This document shows positions 19,082 to 28,364 of a stretch of DNA of 64,000 nt, piece by piece (position 1 is the first letter of the stretch; each line of letters opens with the position of its first letter). The notes beneath the pieces were generated by a model, which saw nothing but the letters and a program-made list of their open reading frames with translations, was not told the origin of the DNA and made no database searches. The DNA lies in the NCBI GenBank assembly GCA_018897195.1, contig JAHILH010000006.1, positions 2,152-66,151 of the forward strand. Reading direction: 5' to 3'. The stretch comes from Patescibacteria group bacterium (GTDB lineage Bacteria > Patescibacteriota > Patescibacteriia > Patescibacteriales > UBA12075). The position numbers and the translations under genes were made by a program.

Positions 19082-20320
19082 TTATAATTTTACTTGATAA
19101 ATATTTTCACTTCTCTTGTCAGTAAAATATAAATTGCGCTCGTCTTGAGAAATAGTGATATTGGCAATGGTGTAGTCACCGTCAGGAATAGCAATGAGTT
19201 TTTTCTGCCCAGTGGCCGTATTTATTTTGTAAAGATTATCCTTGGTAGAGTTTGCCAGTTCTGGGAAAAGACCGGAACCTTCTTCTAGTTTTTCGGGAAC
19301 AGCACAATAAACATCGGAAGTATTGGCAAAATAACATTTTTCGGCCCAGGTCGCAACGTTTAATTCTTTGCGGCCACTGCCGATAGCCTCACCTTGAGCG
19401 TTGGAAATCCATAAACTAGGATTGAGATTGTTGGCGCTAGAATAAACACTGTACAAAAGTCGGTCGCCGTTAGGGGACCACTTGGGTTGGAAGTCACGAC
19501 CTTCGACGGTGAGTGATTTGAAATTCTCGTTATTTAAGCCGACGAAAAAAACTTCTTGCCTATCAAAACCAACTCCTTCTGTGTACATTGCAATCGTCTG
19601 GTTGTTCGGTGACCAAGATGGATAAACACTAGCATCTTTGCTGCCGATTTGTTCAATGGCCCTAACCTGAGAACCATCATCACTGGATATAGCCAGCCAG
19701 CGGTTATTTTCATCAAGACCAATGCTCTTCATGACAATCTTGTCGCCCTGGGGAGAGAATTCAAAATCTTTCCAGTGTGCTGGCAGGGTTGTTTGTTTTT
19801 TAGTTTCGAAATTATAAACAATATTGGCACCATCGGGATATTCAATGACGGCCTTATTTTGTGTTCCAGCCCAGGTAACATTTTGGACATTGTGGAAAAC
19901 TTTGTCAGATAACAAAACTTTATCCCCAGCGCTATTCAGGCGATAAAATTTCTCGTCATTCTTGTTGTAGTATCTGATATCAGAGCCATTTTTAGCCATA
20001 GCTGCTCCTATGGTAGGCGCGCTTTCTAATTGTTTGGTAGTGGTGATGCCCCCCCGGGCGATTGGGTCTGTTTTTGGATAGGTGTCAGTCGTGGGAAGAG
20101 TATTATCTGTATTTTTTTCGATTATTGGTTGATTATTACCAGTGTTGGCAATCGGCAGGGAGCCAGTGGGCGTGCTTGTCGCCTGATTGTCGGTGGTATT
20201 ATTGGGAGTGCTTACGAGTTGTTTAAAAAAAGTGGCATAAATTAAATACCCCAACAAGATTGTTGTTAGTAAGAAGCCAACTGCTAATAATAATTTTTTA
20301 TATTTAAAAAGTAAGTCCAT
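19082..20320 (-). CDS. Membrane-anchored TolB/WD40-like beta-propeller protein
   Basis: N-terminal TM, Thr/Pro linker, repeated FSPQG/WSPNN/WSPNG blades. Confidence 0.75.
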   Translation of the reverse strand: MDLLFKYKKLLLAVGFLLTTILLGYLIYATFFKQLVSTPNNTTDNQATSTPTGSLPIANTGNNQPIIEKNTDNTLPTTDTYPKTDPIARGGITTTKQLESAPTIGAAMAKNGSDIRYYNKNDEKFYRLNSAGDKVLLSDKVFHNVQNVTWAGTQNKAVIEYPDGANIVYNFETKKQTTLPAHWKDFEFSPQGDKIVMKSIGLDENNRWLAISSDDGSQVRAIEQIGSKDASVYPSWSPNNQTIAMYTEGVGFDRQEVFFVGLNNENFKSLTVEGRDFQPKWSPNGDRLLYSVYSSANNLNPSLWISNAQGEAIGSGRKELNVATWAEKCYFANTSDVYCAVPEKLEEGSGLFPELANSTKDNLYKINTATGQKKLIAIPDGDYTIANITISQDERNLYFTDKRSENIYQVKL

Positions 20321-20325
20321 TTAAT

Positions 20326-20354
20326 TTGTTTGTCAGGTGAAAGTATGTTATAAT
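20326..20354 (+). promoter_or_regulatory. Promoter of pilM operon
   Basis: TTGTTT-17-TATAAT with extended TG. Confidence 0.55.
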
Positions 20355-20379
20355 TTAAACAATGCATCACTGTGTATTA

Positions 20380-20408
20380 ATTATATAAAGTAATTGACTT
20401 AATGTCAA
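20380..20408 (-). promoter_or_regulatory. Consensus sigma70 promoter for the propeller-comF operon
   Basis: Minus strand reads TTGACA-17 nt-TATAAT exactly. Confidence 0.75.
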
Positions 20409-20416
20409 AGTAATAT

Positions 20417-21457
20417 ATGAGTTTTTTTCAAATGGAAACAAGTTTTATTGGTGTTGATATTGGAATTAACGGAATTAAAGTAGTAGAGCTTCAAAAAAAA
20501 GACAATAAACCGGCCTTGGTTAACTATGGTTTTAGCGAAGATGCTACCTTTAAGGGAGAGGATTGGGCAAATGATGTTGTAAAAACGGCCGGCATTATAA
20601 ATAAAATTTGCGAAGACTCTGGAATAATAAATAAAAATGTTGTTTCAGCCTTGCCGACCTTTGCGGTTTTTTCATCGATAATTAATATTCCTGATGTTCC
20701 AAAGAGTGATATTGACTACACTATTGAGTGGGAAGCAAAAAAAGTAATCCCTTTGCCTATTGAAGATATGATTTTGGATTGGAAAAAAATTGAAAATAAG
20801 GAAGATGAGAAACAAAAAGGTTCAAATTATTTATTAACCGGTGCTCCTAAAATTTTAGTTAAAAAACAACTAGATATTTTTCGAGAGGCAGGCTTAAACT
20901 TGTTAAGTCTAGAGACAGAAACTTTTTCTTTGATAAGGTCTTTACTAGGAAATAATAAGTCGGCAGTAATATTAATAGAAATTGGTGCTGGCACGACAGA
21001 TGTTTCGTTGATAGAAAATGCCATCCCTGTCTTTAGTAGGAGTATTGACGTTGGCGGTGATACGATTTCCAAAACAATTAGTCAGCATCTAAATATCGGT
21101 ATTGAAAGAGCAGAGCAATTTAAATACGACCTGGGAATAGTTTCCATGGATTCAGATGATAATATCGTGCCAAAATTAATTATTAATTCTTTGTCGGCGG
21201 TGGTAAATGAAATAAAATATGTTGTCAGCATGTATCAGAATAGAAATAATAAAAAAGCTGAAAAAATAGTTCTATCTGGTGGATCAGCACTGCTTCCGGG
21301 ATTGGCTGGTTATTTATCAAAAATTTTAGATATGAATGTGGTGATTGGTGATCCCTGGTCATTTGTATCTTGCCCCGATGATTTAAAACCAATGTTAAAT
21401 GAAATCGGTCCCAGGATGTCAGTGGCAGTGGGCCTAGCGTTAAGAAATTTTAAATAA
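20417..21457 (+). CDS. pilM: Type IV pilus assembly protein PilM
   Basis: Actin-like fold: IGVDIG, IEIGAGTT, VGGDTIS, LSGGSA, AVGLALR. Confidence 0.9.
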   Translation: MSFFQMETSFIGVDIGINGIKVVELQKKDNKPALVNYGFSEDATFKGEDWANDVVKTAGIINKICEDSGIINKNVVSALPTFAVFSSIINIPDVPKSDIDYTIEWEAKKVIPLPIEDMILDWKKIENKEDEKQKGSNYLLTGAPKILVKKQLDIFREAGLNLLSLETETFSLIRSLLGNNKSAVILIEIGAGTTDVSLIENAIPVFSRSIDVGGDTISKTISQHLNIGIERAEQFKYDLGIVSMDSDDNIVPKLIINSLSAVVNEIKYVVSMYQNRNNKKAEKIVLSGGSALLPGLAGYLSKILDMNVVIGDPWSFVSCPDDLKPMLNEIGPRMSVAVGLALRNFK

Positions 21458-21498
21458 GATTATTTTGCAGCATTTTGGCTATATAAGTAAGGCATAAA

Positions 21499-22428
21499 AT
21501 GAAAAAGGAGGAACAACAAAAAAATAAAAGCGATGAAAAGATTAGCTTTTTTGAAGGTGTCGTAAAAACCGGAGAGAGTGTTGGTTTTTTTAGTCAGGCA
21601 AGGAAATTTTTTCAAAATAAGATTAATGCCAAGAAGTTTAATTTTCATCTTATAAAAGATGATGAAGATAAGGGGGTAAATACAGCCAAGGGGGTTAAAA
21701 ATAAAATTACCCCTAAAAAAGAAAATATAGCCAGTTCAATAGGTAACCTGTTTAGGGAGTCTAGAGCGGAAAGCAAGAAAAATTCCAATAGTAAGCAGTT
21801 GAAGTTTGTTCCCGATTGGTCAGCCTCTAACACTTTAAGCACTAATTTAATCAAGGGAGAGTCTACTTTGACATATCACTGGAACAAGAAGATATATGTA
21901 TTACTAATAAATGTGTTTTTAGTTATTGTTGTGAATGGCTTCGCCTATGGTGGGTTACTTTATTGGGAGAAGGTAGGAAACGCAGCTAATAAGCAACTGG
22001 ATTTACGAGCTAGTGACTTAAAGGTGCGAATTGAGGGTCTAAAAAAAGAGGCTGAAGAGATAAACATATTTAATGAAAAAATTGCCCTTGCTAAGAATTT
22101 GCTTGATAAACATGTCTATTGGAACAATCTTTTTGAATTCTTGGAGAATAATATTTTATCCAATGTTTACTTGGAAAATACCTTTAGTGGCGGAACGGAT
22201 GGTGAGTACGTTTTTCGAGCATATACAAAAGACCTAAAGACGATGCTTGATCAGGTTAATTATTTACGACAAGAGGACAAAAAAGATAAAACTTTGTCAG
22301 TTGAGATCGCTAATGTTGTTACCAATGATGGCATTGATAGTGAAGCGGGTGAGATTATTGATGAGAAATATAAAGTGAGCTTTGATTTGATTTTAAAAAT
22401 TAATAAAAATATTTTCTATAAAAAATAA
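21499..22428 (+). CDS. PilN-like protein with long basic N-terminal extension
   Basis: TNLI motif before a single TM, coiled coil, LLDKHVYW; lies directly after pilM. Confidence 0.65.
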   Translation: MKKEEQQKNKSDEKISFFEGVVKTGESVGFFSQARKFFQNKINAKKFNFHLIKDDEDKGVNTAKGVKNKITPKKENIASSIGNLFRESRAESKKNSNSKQLKFVPDWSASNTLSTNLIKGESTLTYHWNKKIYVLLINVFLVIVVNGFAYGGLLYWEKVGNAANKQLDLRASDLKVRIEGLKKEAEEINIFNEKIALAKNLLDKHVYWNNLFEFLENNILSNVYLENTFSGGTDGEYVFRAYTKDLKTMLDQVNYLRQEDKKDKTLSVEIANVVTNDGIDSEAGEIIDEKYKVSFDLILKINKNIFYKK

Positions 22429-22445
22429 TTTGAGAAGATAATTTT

Positions 22446-23135
22446 ATGGCTGAAACAAAGGAGGATAAAAATATATTAAACCACCGCGTGGTTAAAATAA
22501 TAAATGGATACTTGATTGATTATTTTTCCTTCATTGTTATTTATGTTGTTTTGGTTATGTTCGTTGTTGGCTATTTTTATTTATTAAATCAAAAGTATAA
22601 GAACATTATTAAAAATAATGAATTGCATCAGGTTTATAAAAAGAAGGAAATTGGCCAATTAATTGGGGCTGTTGGAAATTACCAAAATTATAAAAATGTT
22701 TATAATGCTGTATCCGACAACGATAAGAATAAGATTAATAATTTCTTACCAAGCAAGGACGACTCTGAGGAGTTATTATTGTACATGAGAAATATGTTAA
22801 CCAGGGGCGGATATCAACTGTTGTCTTTGGAAGTTGGTCCGTTTATTAGGACGGGCCCGAGTGTTAGTATCGCTGTTGGCACGGTTGCTAAAACATCGTC
22901 AATAAAAAAGATAGGTGGAAGTTCTTTGCCGACAAGTGCTGATCAGGCAACCACGACCAGTGAGTTGGGCGAAATTGATATTTCTTTGATGGTTGGCGGT
23001 CTTAATTATAGTGCACTAAAAAACTTTCTTTATTTCATTGAAAGAGATTCTCGTTTTTTTAATATCGAATATGTTGATTTTTCCTTGACAGAAGGAATAG
23101 TTGATTTAAAATTAAAGGCATATTATCTAAAATAG
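22446..23135 (+). CDS. PilO-like protein
   Basis: Single TM, FLP, GLNYSALKNFL..IERDSRFFNI, C-terminal AYY; operon position. Confidence 0.65.
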   Translation: MAETKEDKNILNHRVVKIINGYLIDYFSFIVIYVVLVMFVVGYFYLLNQKYKNIIKNNELHQVYKKKEIGQLIGAVGNYQNYKNVYNAVSDNDKNKINNFLPSKDDSEELLLYMRNMLTRGGYQLLSLEVGPFIRTGPSVSIAVGTVAKTSSIKKIGGSSLPTSADQATTTSELGEIDISLMVGGLNYSALKNFLYFIERDSRFFNIEYVDFSLTEGIVDLKLKAYYLK

Positions 23136-23138
23136 CTT

Positions 23139-23459
23139 ATGAAAGAAGAAGATAACAACAATAATGAATATTATATTTTTATAGGGATGATATTGTTTTT
23201 TTTGATAGTCGGAATTTATATTATTTTTAATTTAGTATTTAATCGTTCTCCTTTTGATATTTTGGGAAATTTTATTAATGTTCCAGTTGAAGAACCCGCG
23301 AAGATTGAAAATGTCGAACTTAAGAGGGATATATTTACAAAAGAAAAATTTAAAGAGTTGGAGTTGAGTAACAATTATAAATTTGATATCAATGGTTTAG
23401 TTGTTGGTGGAAAAAATCCATTTGTAATTAAGCCCTTGAATGCCAAGGAAAAGAAATAA
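23139..23459 (+). CDS. Small membrane-anchored pilus-associated protein (PilP position)
   Basis: N-terminal TM, GGKNPF motif, located between pilO-like and pilB. Confidence 0.6.
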   Translation: MKEEDNNNNEYYIFIGMILFFLIVGIYIIFNLVFNRSPFDILGNFINVPVEEPAKIENVELKRDIFTKEKFKELELSNNYKFDINGLVVGGKNPFVIKPLNAKEKK

Positions 23460-23541
23460 GGGAATAAGTATTTTATTGTTGAGGAGATTAAATTCTCGAC
23501 CATAAAAAAAGCTTTGGCTTTTATAAGTAGTAATTAATTTT

Positions 23542-25284
23542 ATGTTTCATAAAGAGAATCTATTAGATATTTTAGTTCAAAAGGGAGTATTCATAACTCC
23601 TGAGGTCTTGGCTGACATAGTGAAAACATCTGAGACTACTCATGAGAGTATTGAGAATGTAATTTTGGAAAGAAAAATCATCAGCGAAGAGGATTTGGCA
23701 CAAATAAAATCAGAAATTTATGGCTTGCCTTATGTTGATTTGCGCAAAAAAGAAGTTGGGACTGCGATTTTGAATAAAATTTCTAAAAATATTGCGGAAA
23801 ATTATCGAGTAGTTTGTTTTGGTTGGGATAAGAATGTTATTAAGATAGGCATTGTGGATCCTGATAATTTTAAGGCGATTGAGGCTGTGGACTATTTAGC
23901 TAAAGGGCAAGGATTGCACGTTGAATATTATTATATCTCTTCGCAAAGTTTTTTATCTGTGCACAAACAATATGTTTCCCTGACACAGGAGCTATCTTCA
24001 GCCTTAGAGACAAAAAAGGCAGAGTCTGATTTGATTGATATCGAGGAGGCGGAAAAAATAGAAATAGGCGATGCTACCAAGAGCGCTCCAGTAATTAGAA
24101 TTGTGTCGGTTATTATTCGTCATGCTGTCGAGGGCGGTGCTTCTGATATTCATATTGAGCCAATGCAGAAGGAGACTAGAGTTAGATATCGTATTGATGG
24201 AATTTTACACACTTCATTAGTCTTACCAAGGAGTGTGCATGATGCAATTATTGCCAGAATTAAAGTAATGGCCAATTTGAAACTGGACGAAACGCGTATT
24301 CCGCAAGATGGTCATATTCGTCTAGTGGTTAATGAAAAAGAATACGATTTTCGTGTTTCAATCTTGCCGTTAGTTGATACTGAAAAGGTGGTTATGAGGG
24401 TTTTAGATACAGCTAAGGGGGCGCCAACAATTGAGGATTTGGGATATGAGGGAGAGCAATATAAGCTAATCAAAGAGGCGGCAGAAAAAACCGAAGGTTT
24501 AATCGTAGTTACCGGTCCAACAGGATCAGGAAAATCAACTACACTTTTTGCCATTTTAAACCTTGTTAATAAGGAGGGTGTTAATATTGCCACCCTAGAG
24601 GACCCAGTTGAATATCGAATTAAGGGCATTAATCAATCACAGGTGAAGCCGGAAATTGGTTACACTTTTGCGGCTGGCTTGCGTTCTTTTTTACGTCAAG
24701 ACCCAGATATTATTATGGTGGGAGAAATTCGTGATCAAGAGACTTGCGAATTGGCTGTTCATGCTGCCATGACCGGGCATTTAGTTTTTTCTACTGTCCA
24801 CACCTTGGATTCTATCAGTACTGTTGCGCGTTTGGAGGATTTGGGAGTGGAGCCGTTTTTGTTGGGCGCAACCTTAAAAATGATAGTTGCTCAAAGATTG
24901 GTTCGCAAGGTTTGTAAACAATGTAAAGAAGAAACTGTTTTGCCAGAAAATTATTTAAATGAAATCAGAGAGGAATTAGACAAGGTGGGTGTTGAATATA
25001 TTAGTACGCTAATTAAGGATTATAAAAAAGAAAATATCAAATTTTTTAAAGGCAAGGGGTGTGGACATTGTGGTAACACTGGCTATGCTGGACGAGTAGC
25101 TATTTCCGAAGTTTTATTCGTTAATAGAGAATTAAAAGAATTGATTAGTGCTAGTAAAGAATTGTTGTCAATTGAAACAATTCGTAAATACCAAAAATTT
25201 ATTAGCATTAAGCAGGATGGAATAATCAAAGCTTTAAAAGGGGAAACAACTATGGAGGAGGTTTTACGAGTAATGAGAGATTAA
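23542..25284 (+). CDS. pilB: Type IV pilus extension ATPase PilB/GspE
   Basis: ASDIHIEP, GPTGSGKST, LRQDPDIIMVGEIRD, TGHLVFST, two CxxC. Confidence 0.93.
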   Translation: MFHKENLLDILVQKGVFITPEVLADIVKTSETTHESIENVILERKIISEEDLAQIKSEIYGLPYVDLRKKEVGTAILNKISKNIAENYRVVCFGWDKNVIKIGIVDPDNFKAIEAVDYLAKGQGLHVEYYYISSQSFLSVHKQYVSLTQELSSALETKKAESDLIDIEEAEKIEIGDATKSAPVIRIVSVIIRHAVEGGASDIHIEPMQKETRVRYRIDGILHTSLVLPRSVHDAIIARIKVMANLKLDETRIPQDGHIRLVVNEKEYDFRVSILPLVDTEKVVMRVLDTAKGAPTIEDLGYEGEQYKLIKEAAEKTEGLIVVTGPTGSGKSTTLFAILNLVNKEGVNIATLEDPVEYRIKGINQSQVKPEIGYTFAAGLRSFLRQDPDIIMVGEIRDQETCELAVHAAMTGHLVFSTVHTLDSISTVARLEDLGVEPFLLGATLKMIVAQRLVRKVCKQCKEETVLPENYLNEIREELDKVGVEYISTLIKDYKKENIKFFKGKGCGHCGNTGYAGRVAISEVLFVNRELKELISASKELLSIETIRKYQKFISIKQDGIIKALKGETTMEEVLRVMRD

Positions 25285-25317
25285 GGGCAATTAATAATTT
25301 ATTTATTTTTAAACATT

Positions 25318-25716
25318 ATGTCAGATCAAAAAATAAAAATTCTTTTAATAGAAGACGATCCTTTTTTGTCAAGCATGTATTCGACAAAATTTGAATTGGA
25401 AAATTTTCAAGTTTTTTCCGGCGATGATGGTCGCAAGGGCTTGGATTTAGCCTTGGCTGAGATTCCGGATATTATTTTATTGGATATTTTAATGCCGGTG
25501 ATGGATGGGTTTCAGGTTTTGGAAAATTTGAAAAAAGATGATCGGACCAAAAATATCCCAGTTATTCTTTTGACTAATTTAAATCAAAAAGATGATATTG
25601 AAAGAGGGCTTTCGATGGGGGCTAACGATTATTTAATCAAAGCTCATTTTATGCCTTCGGAGGTGGTTGATAAGATTCGAAAAGTCATGAACGATAAAAA
25701 TAATGCCAAACTTTAA
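25318..25716 (+). CDS. Single-domain response regulator (receiver only)
   Basis: LLIEDD, LLDILMPVMDG, LLTN, YLIKA. Confidence 0.92.
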   Translation: MSDQKIKILLIEDDPFLSSMYSTKFELENFQVFSGDDGRKGLDLALAEIPDIILLDILMPVMDGFQVLENLKKDDRTKNIPVILLTNLNQKDDIERGLSMGANDYLIKAHFMPSEVVDKIRKVMNDKNNAKL

Positions 25717-26911
25717 GTACAAAGGAGTTAATAGTCATGGACAAGTTGTTAACGGTCTTGTTGAGGCAGTTGATAGTCAGATGGCTAACAAGTCACTGGC
25801 CAATAATGGCATTGATGTGTTTTTTTTACGTGAAAAAAAAGGCATCCAACTATTATTTAATTTATCTTTTCTATCTGGAGTTACCACTAAGGAAGTTGTT
25901 ATTTTTATTCGACAATTTTCAGTTTTGATTTCGGCAAGCGTTACCCTGTCAGATGCTTTGCAGTTATTGGCCGCGCAAACAGAGGGCAAGACTTTGAAAA
26001 AAGTAATTTCGGAAATTGCGGGAAATGTTGAAGGTGGTATGCGCCTATCTGATGCTTTTGAGAAACATGCAACGGTTTTTTCTAAGTTTTTTATTAACGT
26101 TGTTCGTTCTGGAGAAACATCTGGAAAACTTGATGAGGTTTTAAATTATTTGGCCGATGAGTTGGAAAAAGATTATGACATGTTGAGCAAGATTAAAGGA
26201 GCAATGATTTACCCAGCTTTTGTCTTTTTTGGTTTACTGGTTGTTGGTGGTATCATGATGGTTTTCGTGGTGCCAAAATTGGTCAATATGATGCTTGAAA
26301 CTGGCGGCGAACTTCCAGCGTCAACAAGAGCATTAATTACTATTTCTGATTTCTTTGTTCATTTTTGGCCCTTAATGATAATTTCTATAATTGGGCTGGT
26401 AATGCTTTTCCGTTACCTTAAAAAAACAAAAAAAGGAAAAAAAATTATTGATTCAATGAGTTTAAAAGTGCCAATTTTTGGTAATCTGATGAATAAAATT
26501 TACTTGGTGCGTTTTTCCAGATCTTTACGAACGTTGATTGTCGGCGGCTCAACAATTACTAGTGGCTTAAAAGTGGCTGCGGGCGTGATCGATAATAGTG
26601 TTTATCAAGATTTGATTAATCAGACAATTAAGGAAGTAGAAGATGGAAACTCTATTTCGGGTGTGTTTATGGCAAATAGTCATATTATCCCAGGAATGGT
26701 GCCACAAATGATGATGGTCGGTGAAAAAACCGGTCGCCTTGACTTTACTTTGGAAAAAATTGTAGATTTTTATACACGTGAAATAAATAACATCGTTGCC
26801 AATTTGATGACTCTAATGGAGCCGATTATTATGGTAGTAATGGGCATTGGTGTAGGTGTAATGGTTGCGGCAATTGTAATGCCGATGTATCAGATGTCGT
26901 CGAATATGTAA
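25703..26911 (+). CDS. pilC: Type IV pilus platform protein PilC/GspF
   Basis: GETSGKL, AMIYP, GEKTGRL, LMEP; three TMs. Confidence 0.92.
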   Translation: MPNFKYKGVNSHGQVVNGLVEAVDSQMANKSLANNGIDVFFLREKKGIQLLFNLSFLSGVTTKEVVIFIRQFSVLISASVTLSDALQLLAAQTEGKTLKKVISEIAGNVEGGMRLSDAFEKHATVFSKFFINVVRSGETSGKLDEVLNYLADELEKDYDMLSKIKGAMIYPAFVFFGLLVVGGIMMVFVVPKLVNMMLETGGELPASTRALITISDFFVHFWPLMIISIIGLVMLFRYLKKTKKGKKIIDSMSLKVPIFGNLMNKIYLVRFSRSLRTLIVGGSTITSGLKVAAGVIDNSVYQDLINQTIKEVEDGNSISGVFMANSHIIPGMVPQMMMVGEKTGRLDFTLEKIVDFYTREINNIVANLMTLMEPIIMVVMGIGVGVMVAAIVMPMYQMSSNM

Positions 26912-26948
26912 ATTAATAAATTATTTAATTGTTGGGGGGTTTTAACCT

Positions 26949-28361
26949 ATGGAATCTTTGTTTAAACATTTTGGCTTATCTGGCGAGGATATAAAAGCCA
27001 TAAATAAAAGAGGAATAAAGAAAGGCGCTGAAGCTGGGTCAAGAGATGATGGTGCTGAGTTGGTGATGGCTGAAGATGCTAATTTTAAGGAGATTGATAT
27101 AATTAGTAACAGGGGTGAAGTTGGTGAAGTGTTTGATATTAATATAGAAGCAAATAAAATTAATAATGGTGTTAAAAAAGGCGAACCTGCAAACGAGGGG
27201 CGTCGTTTTTTTTTGAAGCAAGCTGCTGGGGCCACGGTGGGTGCCGCCGCGATTGGTTTTCTAGGAAATGATGTAGTCCGAGGTAGTATTAAGGGCTTAG
27301 AAAAAATTATGGAGTTTGACGACAGGAATCAGGGAAGTGAAGATTTGATAAATGAGGAGACGAAAAAAATGCTTGAAGAAAATGCACTACCAATTCGGGA
27401 TTTAATAAAGTACAATGCACCTGGTAGGATTGATTTAACTACAATCGATACATTGGAAATATTAAAAAACTATTGGAAAGAAAGACATCAGAAGAGTCCC
27501 GAATTAAGAAATAGCCTGGCAAAGGCTTATCGTGAAATGACCACTTATCATGAAGGCTTAGATGGGTCCTACGCTGATATTATAAAAGAGAAATTTCGAG
27601 AAGTGGGTGTGCCGGAAGAATTTTGTTTTTTGGCAATTCCGGAATCCTATTGGAATATGAAGGCGCGCTCAGGGGCTGGAGCAGTTGGTCCGTATCAATT
27701 TACAGTTAAAACAGCTAAGCAGTGGAAATTAATAACTGATGATCGTAACGATGAGAGAATGGACCCAGTGCGTAGCGGCTGGGCTTGTGCTAAACAATTA
27801 AAATATCTTTATGATAATGCGCGTAAGGATTGGAACTTAGCCCTTTCTGGGTACAACGGTGGACAGCTTTGGCTATATTTACACAAGGATCATAAGAAAA
27901 ATCATAACTTAACACCATATAGGGATTTTTTGGCGTATGTTGAAGATGAAGTAAATAAAATAAGGGATGAAATTAAAAAAGAGAATTATCAAAAACATAA
28001 AGTCGTAAAGGGGGACACTATTGGTGCAATCGCAGTGAAATATGGCAAGAAAAAGGCGGAAATTATTTCTTTAAATAAAATTAAAAATACGGAAATAAAA
28101 ATAGGCGAGGTGTTAAATGTGCCATATACGGAAGAGGAGAAAGAAAATGTCTTTAATGCCAGGATTGCGGAACTTGGTTATTTTGAAAACTTAACATATC
28201 CCGCAAAGTTTAATGCTATTAATGAATTAATTAAGGAGGGTTTTGTTGTGGCTGAGCGTCATCCTAATAATAGTAAATTGGCCCACCATAATCAGGGAAA
28301 AGGTCATAAAATAGCCGTAATAGAGCCTGATTTACGCCAGACCAAGAACAAGAAAGTATAA
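26949..28361 (+). CDS. Lytic transglycosylase (SLT) with LysM domain, MltD-like
   Basis: IPES...SGAGAVGPYQF, LALSGYNGG, LysM HKVVKGDTIGAIA...IKIGEVLNVP; internal RRFFLK + hydrophobic segment. Confidence 0.85.
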   Translation: MESLFKHFGLSGEDIKAINKRGIKKGAEAGSRDDGAELVMAEDANFKEIDIISNRGEVGEVFDINIEANKINNGVKKGEPANEGRRFFLKQAAGATVGAAAIGFLGNDVVRGSIKGLEKIMEFDDRNQGSEDLINEETKKMLEENALPIRDLIKYNAPGRIDLTTIDTLEILKNYWKERHQKSPELRNSLAKAYREMTTYHEGLDGSYADIIKEKFREVGVPEEFCFLAIPESYWNMKARSGAGAVGPYQFTVKTAKQWKLITDDRNDERMDPVRSGWACAKQLKYLYDNARKDWNLALSGYNGGQLWLYLHKDHKKNHNLTPYRDFLAYVEDEVNKIRDEIKKENYQKHKVVKGDTIGAIAVKYGKKKAEIISLNKIKNTEIKIGEVLNVPYTEEEKENVFNARIAELGYFENLTYPAKFNAINELIKEGFVVAERHPNNSKLAHHNQGKGHKIAVIEPDLRQTKNKKV

Positions 28362-28364
28362 TTT

